Shown here: positions 12,801 to 26,565 of the stretch, piece after piece
Layout of the letters: each line of letters begins with the position of its first letter
Numbering within the stretch: the first letter of the stretch is position 1
Assembly: GCF_963921235.1 (NCBI RefSeq)
Contig: NC_086108.1
Span: forward strand, 20,336,001-20,400,000
Origin: Mobula hypostoma
Lineage: Eukaryota
Length of the DNA stretch: 64,000 bases
Direction of reading: 5' to 3'
Notes under the pieces: generated by a model
Database searches by the model: none
The model's input: the letters and a program-made list of their open reading frames with translations, nothing else
What the model was told of the DNA's origin: nothing
Program-made: the position numbers and the translations under genes

Positions 12801-13303
12801 CAGCCAGTGGCTACTTTATTGGGTAACCTGTATACTTGCTTGTTAATGTAAATATCTAATAGCCAATCATGTGACAGCAGCTCAAAGCATAAAAGCATGC
12901 AGACTTGATCCAGAGGTTCAGTTCTTTTTCAGACCAAACATCAGAATAAGGAAGAAATATGATCCAAGTGACTTCGACTGTGGAATGATTGTTGCTGCCA
13001 GATGGGGCAGTTTGAGTAAATCAGAAACTGCTGATCGCTGGATTTTCATGCACACAGTCTGAAGTTTACAGTGAATGGTGAAAAAAAAATACGGTGAGTA
13101 CCATTTCTCTGAGCAAAAATGTCTTGTTGATGAGAGAGGTCAGAGGAGAATGATCAAAGCTGGCAGGAAGGTGAAAGTAACTCAGATAACCACACATTAC
13201 AACAGTGATATGCAGAAGAGCATCTCTGAACGCACAACACATTGATGACTACAGCTGCAGAGTGCCATGAACCACCTATACTTAATAAAGTGGCTACTGA
13301 GAG
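12801..13303 (+). mobile_element. Tc1/mariner internally deleted element
   Basis: TIRs CAGTGGCTACTTTATT and AATAAAGTGGCTACTG, TA on both sides, and transposase N-terminal remnant SDFDCGMIVAAR..G.S.SETAD. Confidence 0.82.
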
Positions 13304-13850
13304 TAACACCAAGTTACCTTGCTTGCAAAGGGAGATAGAATTATCCTTGTTGCATTTTAAAGCTGGAATAAAATTGGTAAAGGCCATACAGACCCAGTCG
13401 TTCAACAATTAGTCTACAAGTCTATGAAGGTTGAGAAAAGCAAATAGAAGAAAAAAAGCCTCAAATGAAATGAGAAAAAATTGATTATACAGGCAGGAAG
13501 TAAGAGAACCAAAATAATTGTCTAGATAGCATTTGACCAGCACACATCTCACAATTCCCTACTTCGATATGAATCTGATATTCACACTAAGCTTTTGTGT
13601 TTTCTAGGGTGTTACTGAGTTGAAGACTGTGCTGTCTGACCTGCTGAGTGCTTCTGGCATATTCGGTTTTTATTCAAGGCCATGCTGCCTTGGCTACTCT
13701 GTACTGTGGAATATCCGTAGAGAGAGCAAAGCTCTCTCCCGACTGGCTTGATGGCTTTTTGACTGCTCTAATGAATGACACTGCATTCGATTTTCAAGTC
13801 ATTGCTGCATAAAGCTAAACTCAGTTATGAAATGCATTGGCTGTCCTCAA

Positions 13851-13883
13851 TGCAGGACATTTTAACTCTCCACCAGGGGGCCG
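13851..13883 (+). promoter_or_regulatory. Candidate CTCF binding site
   Basis: Core CCACCAGGGGGCC at 13870-13882 with an upstream TGCAG at 13851-13855, in sequence not recognised as a repeat. Confidence 0.45.
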
Positions 13884-15464
13884 TGAGAGCAGCAGTAGAG
13901 AGGGAGGGCAGGTGGGTTTGGTGCCGGCATCAACACCTGATTTCTGGTACAGTCTGTGCATCAGTACTGAAGTTGGGATCATCTAAATCATGGGCAGAAT
14001 CACACCATTTGTCTTCATTTTGCCCTTCATACTGACATTTTTCTGGTTTATGAAGATTAAATTTAGTAGAATTATTAAAAGAATTATCGTCAGACAGTTT
14101 TGAAATAAACAGCATCCTATTTTTTGATTCAAGCTTGTATCACTACATCCACTGCAATATTTTGTATAACTTTCTGCCAAAATAATCACAGCAGGATTAA
14201 TTAAATTGTGCTGTACTGTTATAATCACAGTCAGGAGACATCCAAGCGATTTGGGCTCTCCATAACAATACTGCAGGAAAGAGACCCTTCAGAACCTTCT
14301 TTGCAATTATCTCCTCGTAAAGGCTGCATATATTTTTACTGGATCGCGGCTTTGGGATTGTTTTGGCCAACCTGAAGCATATCCTTACCAATTGGACGTA
14401 CTCCTCTCTGTGAACCTTGCCTTCTTCAATACCCAATTACTGGATCACTTCCAGGACTAGAAACCTTGGCTGATTTCTCACTCCCCATTTCAGTCCCAGT
14501 TGTTCCATGGCTGGTTATATAATTCTCTCAGCTTAATTTTAAATAGAACTTTCATTGTCTGAATGGCTCAGATCCACACTGAATAGATTTTATTTATTTT
14601 CAAGGTCCTTGGGAAATCTTATTGCAAGTTCATACTTTCTTATTCTCTCAAGGATAAAATTCATAACATGATGTTAGTTTACAGGTGGAATTAAATTAGT
14701 CAGTACCAGACTGAGATCTGTCATCCTTGTTTGTGTCTCATCAAAGTAACAGGTAGTGGTATTAACAAAATCACGTCCTATTTATGGAATGAACACCAGA
14801 AAAATTACCTACTTGTAACAAATATATTTTTCTCTCCCAGTTCCCAAGACTGTTAATGTTAATCACCATGGTTGGGTGGGTAAGAACCCAAAAAGCTTGT
14901 TGCCTTCCAATAGTTCTGCATCCTAAATGACCACAAGGAAAAATGAAGGAACGGGGTAAACGTACATTGCCCCCATCCCTGGGCAAATTTAACCAGATCT
15001 CCCACTAGCTGCAATGAACAGGCTGCAGAACAAAAGCTGCTTAAATCCTAGCTCTTTGGAATTCTACATTCCATCTCAGGGAAGAGGGTTCCTACAAACA
15101 CTGCTGTGTAGTGGTTCAGAAATATTGCACAAGATTAACCTGGTGTGTCTCTTCCATAATTTTTGTTTTCTTCCACTGCTTTCACAGTGACCTAAAGCCA
15201 ATAAGCAAATTGTGATGCTACTGCTACTGCCAATGTAAACTCTGTCTTACCCAGATCTAATCTCAACTTTCCTTGGCAGATTTGGAGTTGTCAATGGCAG
15301 ACGAGCCTCATCTACCGGTTTTAAGGTACCAGTAACACGCCTTTGCCCTTCTCTTGTCAGTAGAAACAGTTCCACTGAGCTTAGCAGCTAAGCCACAGGT
15401 GAAGGCCAGGAGCTGGACTTGGCTGTTAGAGGCTATTTGAGACACATGCCATATTAAATGCTCC

Positions 15465-15640
15465 AAGACTACAACAAGTATGGTGGATAAAGGTGAAGTC
15501 ATAAATGTTGTCCTTTTGGATTTCCAGAAGCCATTCCAAAACGTCCCACATAAAATACTACCACACAAGGTAATATGTAGGATTAAGGGTAATATATTGG
15601 CCTGGACAGTAAATACTTTGACTGCCAAATAAACAGACAA
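15465..15640 (+). mobile_element. Old CR1 RT fragment
   Basis: VDKGEVINVVLLDFQKPFQNVPH. Confidence 0.7.
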
Positions 15641-16204
15641 GCTGTATAAGGATTAACAGATATTTGAGCAACAAGTGGATTTAGAGGTTTTGGGAGAAAG
15701 TTGGAAAATGTTTTCCTTCTCCTTCACAAAAACATATTTCACATGGAATCAATCAGAAAGTCATCTAAGAGATTACAGATGGCAACAGGATTAGTGACCA
15801 CTTCGCTCTAAATCATCTTTGGTGAATGAATTTTAATTTTTCCTCTTCAAATAGCTGTGGGATTTTTACTATCCACCTAAGATAGTGGTACCTGGTTTGA
15901 GATCCTATTGGTCAGGCCCATTCCTCATCCCAAGAATAATGCAGCAATCTGTCTTTCATACTTACTGTGCTTTGGAATTGACTAATCACCAACTACAGGG
16001 CTTCCATTAATCCACTCAGTTTGGTGGAACCCTGGAAACAGAAATAGAAGTCAATGTTGTTCCTCTGCTATTTCCATCAAAATTATATTGAGAGAAACTA
16101 GGCTGCCAAGTACAATAATTTATTGAACAATGGCAACAAATCAGGATTTAATTGAGTTTCTTGAAGATAGAATCCATAATAGGGCTACAGTCATTCTCTG
16201 CACA

Positions 16205-16335
16205 ACCAGACATTCATGATTAGTAAGGATATCAAAGGTTACAGAGATCAGGCAGGAGAATGAGGTTGAGACCAAATGGCACAGCAGACTCAATGGGCCA
16301 AATGGCCTAATTCTGTTCCTATGTCTTATGGTCTA
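16205..16335 (+). mobile_element. CR1 3' end
   Basis: ATGGGCCAAATGGCCTAATTCTG...TCTTATGGTCT terminus shared with other CR1 copies in the window. Confidence 0.75.
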
Positions 16336-17208
16336 AATTATAGTACTGAATTTTTGAAGAGAACAACAAAATACAGACAGGCAAATGGGCTGGAGAAGCA
16401 AGTAGATAAATGACAAACAAAATTGGAATGTGGATGGTCCATTTTGATGATCAATTAACAAAATCTAATCATTCCTTACACTTAAAAAGCTAAATGCAAA
16501 TGTAAATTGTTAAAAGTGGTAGCTGATCAAGTTAACCGACTGCAAGGTTATGAGTTCAGGGAGAAATGTGTTGCTAACTAAGTGCGTGTCACTATGAAGA
16601 GGGATGTGTTAAGGAATCACAGAATACATAAAGGTCATTACATCCCCAGTCTGGAGTGGAATTAGAAAGAGAAATATAGATCACTATATTATGTTATGTG
16701 TGCTAGAATTTCTATGTAAGTTCTCCTAAGGCCTTTGCATATGGGGGCAAAACTTAGACCAATGAGATATTGATGTGGAAGTTAGAGTGCTAGCATCGAA
16801 CCAAGTTGATAATCATGACAGTTCAACCCTCATGATGGATTATGACCTGCTTCAGCTCATACATAAAGATTATAATCACTTGTGTGCAGGGCTTCTGATA
16901 CTCATAGTGAACTCATGCCTAAAGCCAGAAAACGAGGAGATAAAAATCAGGCAAGAGTTATGTTTAGTGTCTGCACTTGGTAAAAATAGGTATAATCATC
17001 ACAAGCAATACAGTGAACTCTTTTCACTCGAGCGTTTTTGTCCGGCGTGAGACTCAGGAAACATTGGCAGAAGAAGGTAGTTTCACTCTTCCTCACCCTG
17101 ATAGTTTTACTCTTTTCCTCTTGCCAAAAGAGCAATATTTTACCAGTTCAGTTCACTTCAATGCCTTTTTCCATTTGTCCGAGAGAGAAAAGGGACTCTG
17201 AAAGAAAG

Positions 17209-17360
17209 AACAACACACACAAAATGCTGGAGGAACTCAGCAGGCCAGACAGCATCTAGGAAAAGAGTTCAGTTGACATTTGGGGCCAAGGCCTGCTGAG
17301 TTCCTCCAGCATTTTGTGTGTGTTGCTCAGATTTCCAGCATCTGCAGATTTTCTCTTGTT
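17209..17360. mobile_element. Short Penelope-derived fold-back element, 12-bp TSD
   Basis: Inverted CACACAAAATGCTGGAGGAACTCAGCAGGCC arms. TCTGAAAGAAAG at 17197-17208 and 17361-17372. Confidence 0.82.
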
Positions 17361-17784
17361 TCTGAAAGAAAGGCTTATCTTATACAAACCTCTTGTTTCA
17401 GCAACCCCAAATCTAAATAATAATTTTAACACAAAAGAGTATTGTGACAAACTTTACAGAAGCACTACCAAACAAGTTAACAATGAAATAAATAAGATCT
17501 TTTAAAACAGAGCTGCAATATTGTAAGAAGATAAGAACCTTGTGGGAAGTACCTTGCCACCTAACTCCCCAAAGCCTGGTCCCACCTACAGGAATGTGAT
17601 GGAATACTCCTGCATAAGTGCAGCTTTAACATATCAAGAAGCTCCATCCCCACCTGCCCCCAGCAGCCCACTTGATAGGCAGCTAATCCACAATCATTCA
17701 CTCACTCTACCACTGACACACCTAGTATTAGATTTTACCATCAACAAGATGCACTGAAGCAACTCACCAAGACTCACCTAACAT

Positions 17785-18571
17785 ATTATTCTCCGTAACT
17801 TCCGCCACCTCCAACGGGATCCCACCACTAAGCACATCTTTCCCTCCCCCCTTCTCTCTGCATTCCGCAGGGATCGCTCCCTACACAACTCCCTTGTCCA
17901 TTCGTCCCCCCCATCCCTCCCCACTGATCTCCCTCCTGGCACTTATCCGTGTAAGCGGAACAAGTGCTACACATGCCCTTACACTTCCTCCCTTACCACC
18001 ATTCAGGGCCCCAAACAGTCCTTCCAGGTGAGGCATCACTTCACCTGTGAGTCGACTGGGGTGATATACTGCGTCCGGTGCTCCCGATGTGGCCTTTTAT
18101 ATATTGGTGAGACCCGACGCAGACTGGGAGACCGCTTTGCTGAACATCTACGCTCTGTCCGCCAGAGAAAGCAGGATCTCCCAGTGGCCACACATTTTAA
18201 TTCCACATCCCATTCCCATTCTGACATGTCTATCCACGGCCTCCTCTACTGTAAAGATGGAGCCACACTCAGGTTGGAGGAACAACACCTTATATTCCGT
18301 CTGGGTAGCCTCCAACCTGATGGCATGAACATTGACTTCTCTAACTTCCGCTAGGCCCCACCTCCCCCTCGTACCCCATCTGTGACTCATTTTTATGCAC
18401 ACATTCTTTCTCTCACTCTCCTTTTTCTCCCTCTGTCCCTCTGAATATACCTCTTGCCCATCCTCTGGGTCACCCCCCCCCCCGTCTTTCTTCCCGGACC
18501 TCCTGTCCCATGATCCTCTCGTATCCCCTTTTGCCTATCACCTGTCCAGCTCTCGGCTCCATCCCTCCCCC
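17785..18571 (+). mobile_element. Penelope-like element 3' fragment with open GIY-YIG frame, inserted in an old LINE 3' end
   Basis: GVIYCVRCSRCGLLYIGETRRRLGDRFAEH (18028-18354). Flanks ~17540-17780 and ~18572-18810 resemble the old LINE at 35330-36940. Confidence 0.9.
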
Positions 18572-18857
18572 AGAAGGGCATGGCCAACAAAATCATGGGC
18601 AATACCACCACCTGGAAGTGCCCTCTAAGCCACACATTCTCTCTTGGAAACATATCTTTCACTGTCATCCTGGAATTCCTTCTTTAACAGCACTGTAGGT
18701 ATGTGCACGTCTGGAGTGATTTAAGAAGGCAGCTCACCATCTCCTTCCTGAGCAAGTAGGGTTAAGCAATTAAATGATAGGTCAACCTATGAAGCCCATA
18801 TCTTTGAATGAGTCTGGAATAAAAGCAAAAAATACTCGAGATACTCACGAGGTCATA

Positions 18858-19096
18858 TTTATTGAGATACAGCACAGATTAGGCCCTTTTGGCCCTTGGA
18901 GCCACACTGCCCAGCAATCCCCCAATTTAATCCTAGCCTAATTACAATTTACAATAACCAATTAACCTACCAACCAGTATTCCTTTGGATGGTGGGAGGA
19001 AACCAGAGCAAACCCACGTGATCACGGGGAGAACGTACAAACTCCTTTCGGGCAGTGGCAAGAATTGAACGCAGATCGTTAGTACTGTAAAGTGTA
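18858..19096 (-). mobile_element. tRNA-derived V-SINE (HE1-like)
   Basis: Minus strand has an A/B-box head (GCATGGTAGTGTAGTGG, GTTCAATTC), V-domain GGAGTTTGTACGTTCTCCCCGTG and a CR1-like tail. Confidence 0.78.
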
Positions 19097-20746
19097 CCAC
19101 TACACTACCATGCCGCTCTCTACATAGAGAGAGTTAACATTTCAGCTTGCTTATATTTCATCGGCACTGGGAAAAGTGTGGGTACACAAATGGCATTAAA
19201 CCAGTATGGAGGAAGGGAAAAGGGGAGTAAATGAAATAAAGAATAAATGTAAAATACTGGACTGTGTTAAAAGTCTGCAGTCAAAGAGACTAAATGGGAA
19301 AAATGATGGTGCTACAAAGCAAAAGGAACGGGAAAAATCAACAAACAAATGATGAGGCCAGAAGGTATGCAAATATAAATGGCCAATGGAAAATATAGGT
19401 GGTGGTTACAACTGTAAATTATTAAAACTAATATTGAGACAGCAGATGAAATGCTGTTCTTTGAGCTTCACTGTACTGTATATTTAGAAGCTGTGGATGA
19501 AGAAGTGCGAGTTGCGCTGGCATGGAAGACTAAAAGATCAGTGACCCCTCCACCCTGTCTTTCTTTCCAAAGATTGGGATCAAAAATGCTCCATAAAACA
19601 GAGATTCAGTCAATATTTGGACTTGATTTTAGAACAAGTGAGTTTGGTACAGAGCTGCATAGCCACAAATGTCCAGAATTGGACACATGTAGATGACCAA
19701 GAGGACAGTTGGACTGAAGAGGTTGCAGAGTTTGAAGGTCATCCCAGTCCATTTCTTTTCAAAGGGGTATGAGAGGAAATTATATAGGTAAATGAGAGAA
19801 ATTAGAAGGTTAAATGGATTAGATAGGATCAGGGAAAGGTTGGGATGATAAAATAATTTTGTTGTGTAATTTAAAAGCCAAAGCATAATCAGGTTGGATT
19901 TAAGAATCACCTGTAAGTGTGGCTATATATTCCTCTATTGAGGTTCTGACCTGTGGTGAGGCCATCTTCCAACACCAAACTATTTTGTACATTTTCATCA
20001 AAGGTAACAAAAAAACTGCAGAGGTTCAAGAAGATAGCTCATCACCACCTTCTCAAGGACAATTTGGGATGGATAATAAAATCTGACCTTGTCAAAAGTG
20101 TTATTGTCCCATGAATGAAAGAAAAACAACTGTCCATTCATGAGCATGGACAGTGAACATCTGTAGTTCAAGAATGTGATAGTAATCATATTTAAAAGCT
20201 ATCCTGCATATTTCTGTTTCATCTAAGCACTGAAGAGTAGCTTAAAATATTAACTTAGACAGACTGGTCTGCATTTTTAGTGTGTTTTTGAATATCAATG
20301 ACATTCTTTGCAGATCTAACAGCTAGTAAATCTAACAGTGGGGCTAAATCAGTTCTTGAAACAGCTCTGGGGTCTAAAATGCCAGTTAAAATCAGATACA
20401 ACACTGCTTTGACAAATAGCTGAGAGTCAATTTCACAGCAGAATTTTGTGTCTTATTATCCATTCTAGGTAACAATAGCAGCTTGCAGGCCAGCAGAAGT
20501 TCTGGGTTAATACACTACCATCCCATAGTCCACAGGCTCAAGGGTAATTATGTTCCTCAGCACGGACTCAGCAGAGAATATAGAATGCAGTGCAGAGCAA
20601 ATCAATCTTCTCTACATAATAGAATGGATATTCTAGGTCAACGCAGAGTACCATCTGTACTGTTATAGTTTGTGCTTCCTGGATGGGGTATCAAACTGTG
20701 ACATTGCTTCACCATCTTAGATAACTATAAAAGACACACCAGGAAT

Positions 20747-21620
20747 GTCTATCAAGGTTCTCAGTCATCCAAGTCACTGTATTTCAAGTAGTAATAAATC
20801 AAGGCAACTGGAAATCGCATCGAGTCACCATTTCACCACGCATCCAAGAGGCTTCTTCAGTTCTGATCCATGGTGGGTAGTTTTCCAGCTTATAAACGCT
20901 GTGAGTTGTTTAAAGGTACAGTAATCACATGAGGGTCTTTGAGAGATATGGAGGTAATGAGAGGGTCATTAGTCTTATCTTTGCATGAATGGAAGTGTGA
21001 ACTGTTGTGGAGACATTGGGGTAGAGATGTTCGGACTGCATTGTAAGTGTCGTACCCCACCCCCTCTGTTCAGGGATGGGATTTCTAGTTTGACAAAGAC
21101 GATTTCTTTAACCCCTCTTTCAAACCATCTGTCCTCCCTGTCCAAAATGTGCACAATGTTATCATCAAAGGAGTGTCCCTTGTCCTTTAGGTGTGGATAT
21201 ACAGCCGAGTCTTGACCCAAAGTGTTTGCCCTCCTATATTGAGCCATCCATTTGTGAAGTGGTTGTTTTGTCTCGCTGATATACAGATCTGTGCAGTTCT
21301 CATTGCATAGGATAGTATATACAATATTGTTCTGTTTATGTTTGGGTGTAGGATCCTTGGGGTGAACAAGTTTCTGTCTCAGTGTGTTTGTAGGTTTAAA
21401 AAAAAGCAGGGATTTGGTGTTCATTGAAAATCCTTCTGCGTTTATCTGAAACTGCAGCTACATGTGGGATGACTATGTTTTTCCATCTGCTTTACTCCTT
21501 ACCTCTGTCTGCTGGGCTGATATCCCTGACTGGGCCTTCATCAAGACAGCAACAAAATCAGCTGAAACTTCTTCTAGACAACACAGCAAGTCCAGTTGCC
21601 TTGATTTACTACTGCTTGAC
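20747..21620 (-). mobile_element. Penelope (Poseidon-type) 3' fragment with inverted partial pLTR and TSD
   Basis: FKPTNTLRQKLVHPKD...NIVYTILCNENCTDLYISETKQ...FERGVKE. CACCAGGAAT at 20737-20746 and 21624-21633. Degraded hammerhead-like motif at ~20826-20864. Confidence 0.85.
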
Positions 21621-21899
21621 ACGCACCAGGAATATTTTGAAAAAAAAAAGAGGAATTATTTTCCCCAATTTATCCCCCAATTAACACTTAAGCAACTGAT
21701 CTGGTGATTTGGTTCATTACTGTTTGTGAAAGCATGCTGTGTATAATTTGGCTGCTTATACTTCTTGCATTCTATAGTGGCTATACTTCAAAATTTATTT
21801 ATTTGTTGTAGAGTGCATTAAAATATTCCAAGATTCTGACTGGCCTGTGAAAATATTTTTGTCTTTTGCTACAGACTTGGAATGATTTGGATGACAGAA

Positions 21900-24800
21900 G
21901 TCACAAACAAGAGAAAATCTGCAGATGCTGGAAGTTCACACACGAAATGCTGGGAGATCTCAGCAGGCCAGGCAGCATCTATGGAAAAAAAGTACAGTCG
22001 ACGTTTCAGGTCAAAACCCTCCGGCAGGACTGGAGAAAAAAGGCTGAGGAGTAGATTTAAAAGGTCGGGTGAGGGGAGAGAGAAATGCCAGGTGATGGGT
22101 AAAACTTGGAGGGGGACGGATGAAGCAAAGAGCTGGGAAAATGATTGGTGAAAGAGACAGAAGGCTGTGAAAGGTAGAAAAGGTTGGGTGGGGTGGGGTG
22201 GAAGGAGCACCAGAGGGAGGCGGTGAGTGGCAAGGAGATACCATGAGAGAGGGACAAGGGGATGGGAAATGGTGAAGGGGGGAGGCATTACTGGGAGTTT
22301 GAGAAATTGATGTTCATGCCATCTGGTTGGAGGCTACCCATACAGAATATACGGTGTTATTCCTCCAGTCTCAGTGTGGCCTCATCACGACAATGGAGGA
22401 GGCCATGGATGGACATATTGGAATGGGAATGGGAAGTGGCATTAAAATGGGTGATCCGGGTTGTTCTGGTGGATGGAACGTAGATGCTCGACGAAGTGGT
22501 CTCCCAATCTACGTTGAGTCTCACCAATGTACAGGAAGCCACACCAGGCTATTGGTTCTCACACCATCACTAACCTTATTGACTCTGGGAATCTGGGGAG
22601 CTATGATCCACTGCCACCAACCTCATAGTTCCCGCACCCTGTACCGCCCGTTTCTACCACGTACCCAAAATTCACAAACCTGCTTGTCCAGGTAGAAATA
22701 TTGTTTCAGCTTGTTCCTGCCTCACTGAACGTGTCTGCATACTTCGACTCTGTTTTTTTCCCCCGGTTCAGTCCCTTCCTACCTACATCCGTGACACCTC
22801 AATGCTCTTGATCTTTTCAAGGATTTCAGGTTCCCTGGGCCCCATCATCTTATTTTACCAGAGATGTCCTGTGTCTATACACCTCCATCCTCCACCAGGA
22901 AGGCCTCAAACTCTCAGTTTCTTTCTGGACACCAGACCCAATCAGTTGCCCTCCACCACCACTCTCTTCCATCTACTGGAGCTTGTCCTCACTCTAAATA
23001 ATTTCTCCTTTGGCTCCTCCCACTTCCTTCAAACAAAAGGGGTAGTCCTGTACTTTTCCTATGCTACATCGACGACCGCATTGGTGTTGCTTCCTGCAAT
23101 CGTGTTGAACTCGACAACTTCATCCACTTTGCCTCCAACTTCCACCCTGCCCTCAAATTCACCTGGTCCATTTCTGACACTTCCCTGCCCTTTCTTGATC
23201 TCAATGTCTTTATCTCCGGAGACAGCTTATCCACTGGTGTCTATTATAAGCCAATGAACAAGCCGACAAACAGTCAGAGGATGTGCTGGAGCTTTTGGAA
23301 AGCATCAAGTTGGATAAGTCACCGGGACCAGATGGGATGTACCCCGGGCTACTGTGGGAAGTGAGGGAGGAGATTGCTGAGCCTCTGGCAATGATCTTTG
23401 CATCAACAGTGAGGATGAGAGAGGTTCCGGAGGATTGGAGAGTTGTAGATGTTGTTCCCTTATTCAAGAAAGGGAGTAGAGATATCCCAGGAAATTATAG
23501 GCCAGTGAGTCTTACTTCAGTGGTTGGTAAGCTGATGGAGAAGATCCTGAGAGGCAGGATTTATGAACATTTAGAGAGGCATAATATGATTAGGAATAGA
23601 CAGCATGGCTTTGTCAAAGGCAGGTCATGCCTTATGAGCCTGATTGAATTTCTTCGGGATGTGACTAAGCACATTGATGAAGGTAGAGTCGTAGATGTAG
23701 TATATATGGATTTCAGCAAGGCAATTGATAAGGTACCCCATCGAAGGCTTATTGAGAAAGTAAGGAGGCATGGGATCCAAGGGGACATTGCTTTGTGGAT
23801 CCAGAACTGAATTGCCCACAGAAGGCAAAGAGTGGTTATAGATGGGTCATATTCTACACGGAGGCTGGTGACCAGTGGTGTGCCTCAGGGATCTGTTCTG
23901 CCACCCTTACTCTTTGTGATTTTTATAAATGACCTGGATGAGGAAGTGGAGGGTTGGGTTAGAAAATTTGCTGATGACACAAAGGTTGGGTGTGTTGTGG
24001 ATAGTGTGGAGGGCTGTCAGAGGTTACAATGGGACATTGATAGGATGCAAAACTGGGCTGAGAAGTGGCAGATAGAGTTCAACCCAGATAAGTGTGAGGT
24101 GGTTCAGTTTGGTAGTTTAAATATGATGGCAGAATATAGTATTAATGGCAAGATTCTTGGCAGCGTAGAGGATCAGAGGGATCTTGGGGTCCGAGTCCAT
24201 AGCACACTCAAAGCTGCTACACAGGTTGACTCTGTAATTAAGAAGACATATGGTGCATTGGCCTTCATCAATCGTGGGACTGAGTTTAGGAGCCGAGAGG
24301 TAATGTTGCAGCGATATAGGACACTGGTCAGACCCCACTTGGAGTACTGTGCTCAATTCTGGTTGCCTCACTATAGGAAGGATGTGGAAACCATAGAAAG
24401 GGTGCAGAGGAGGGGAGCATGCCTTATGGGAATAGGTTGAGTGAACTCGGCCTTTTCTCCTTGGAGCGACGGAGGATGAGAGGTGACCTGACAGAGGTGT
24501 ACAAGATAATGAGAGGCATTGATCGAGTGGATAGTCAGAGACTTTTCCCCAGGGCTGAACTGGCTAGCATGAGAGGGCACAGTTTTAAGGTGCTTGGAAG
24601 TAAGTACAGAGGAGATGTCAGGGGTAAGTTTTTTGTGCAGAGAGTGCTGAGTGCGTGGAATGGGCTGCCAACGGTGGTGGTGGATGCGGAAACAATAGGG
24701 TCTTTTAAGAGACTTCTGGATGGCTACATGGAGCTTAGAAAGATAGAGGGCTATGGGTCAAGCCTAGGTAGTTCTAAGGTAGGGATATGTTCAGCACAGC

Positions 24801-25706
24801 TTTGTGGGCTGAAGATCCTGTATTGTGCTGCAGGTTTTCTATGTTTCTAGGTGTCATAGATGTAGGTAGGAAGGGTCTGAACTGTGGGTGGGGGATAAAA
24901 CAGAGTTGAAGTTTGCAGATATGAGTCCAGTGGGGCAAGAACAAACTGAAACAATGGGTCTACCTGGACAAGCAGGTTTGTAGATTTTGGGTAGGTGGTA
25001 GAAACGGGTGGTACAGGGTGTGGGAACTATGAGGTTGGAGGCAGTAGATGGCAGCTCCCCAGATCCCCAGAGTCAATAAGGCCGGTGATGGTCTGGGAGA
25101 CAATGGCTTGGTGTGGCCTCCTGTACATCGGTGAGACTCGACGTAGATTGGGAGACTGCTTTGCTGAGCACCTACACTCCATCTGCCAGAACAAGCATGC
25201 TCTCACAGAGGCCACCCACTTCCCGTTCCCATTCCGATATGTCCATGCATGGCCTCCTCCACTGTCATGATAAGGCCACACTTAGGTTGGAGGAACAACA
25301 CTTTATATTCCTTTTGAGTAGCCTCCAAACTGATGGCATAAACATCAATTTCTCAAACTTCCAGTGATGCCTCTCCACCCCCCCTCACATTTCCTATCCC
25401 CTTTCCCCACTTGCATGTTATCTCCTTGCTCACCCATTTCCTTCCCCTGTGCCTCTTTTTTTCTTTCTTCCATGGCCTTCTGTCTCTTTCACCAATCATC
25501 TTCCCAGCTCTTTGCTTCATCCCTCCCCCTCCAAGTTTCACCTATCGCCTGGTGTTTCTCTCTCCCCTCCCCCTACCTTTCAAATCTACTCCTCAGCTTT
25601 TTTTCTCCAGTCCCGCTGAAGGGGTTCAGCCCAAAATGTTGACTGTACTTTTTTCCATAGATGCTACCTGGCCTGCTGAGTTCCTTCAGCATTTTGTGTG
25701 TGTTCC
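21900..25706. mobile_element. Palindromic composite Penelope element with 13-bp TSD, containing a nested CR1
   Basis: TTGGATGACAGAA at 21887-21899 and 25707-25719. Arms ~21900-22798 and ~24850-25706 are reverse complements. RT remnant LELVLTLNNFSF..HFLQTKGV at ~22975-23045. Confidence 0.85.
23253..24849 (+). mobile_element. CR1 LINE, 5'-truncated
   Basis: Motifs KSPGPDG, NYRPVSLTSVVGK, SGVPQGSVL, KFADDTK and LVRPHLEYC. TTTCTATG tail. Confidence 0.93.
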
Positions 25707-25729
25707 TTGGATGACAGAAATTATGTCTT

Positions 25730-26565
25730 TGTGGACAGCCTGAAGATAGGTGGAGGGACAGTTAGTGTTGAGGAAGTTGGGGGGCTGCAGAAGGACTTAG
25801 ACAGATTAGGAGAATGGGCAAAGATGTGGTAGATGGAATACAGTGTTAAGAAGGTATGGTCATGCACTTTGGTAAAAGAAATAAAAATGTAGATTATTTC
25901 TAGATGGGGAGAAAATTCAAAAATCAGAGGGGCAAAAGGACTTGGGAGTTTCACGCAGGATTCCCTAAAGGTTAATTTGCAGGTTGAGACAGTGGTAAGG
26001 AAGGTAAATGCAATGTTAGCATTCATTTTGAGAGGACTAGAATCTAAAAGCAAGGATGTAATGTTGAGGCATTATAAGGCACCGGAGAGGCCTCACCTGG
26101 AGTATTGTAAGCAGTTTTGGGCCCCTTATCTAAGAACTGATGTGTTGACATTGTTCGAAGGAAGTTCATGAAAATGATTCCGGGAATGAAAGGCTTATCA
26201 TATGAGGAACGTTTGATGGCTCTGGCCCTGTACTCGCTAGAATTTAGAAGAATTAAGGGGTATCTCATTGAAACCTATCGAATATTGAAAGCCCTAGATA
26301 GAGTGGATGTGGAGAGTATGTTTCCTATAGTGGAGGAGTCTAGGACCAGAAGTGACATCCTCAGAATAGAGGGTGTTCCTTTTGAACAGAAATGAGGAAT
26401 TCATTGTCACAGGCGGCTGTAGAGGCCAGGTCACTGAGTGTATTTAAGGCAGAGGTTGATATTTTCCTGATAAGTCAGGGCGTGAAAGGTTATGGGGAGA
26501 AGGCAGGGGAATGGATCAGCCATGATGAAATGGCAGAGCAGGCTCGAAAGTCTGAATGGCCTAAT
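25730..26565 (+). mobile_element. CR1 LINE 3' fragment
   Basis: Motifs LQKDLDRL, RPHLEYCKQFWAPYL and LYSLEFRR. Confidence 0.88.

Noticed and set aside
14197..14436. 79-aa ORF, possibly an exon or ancient LINE piece
   Set aside because: No diagnostic motif recognised.
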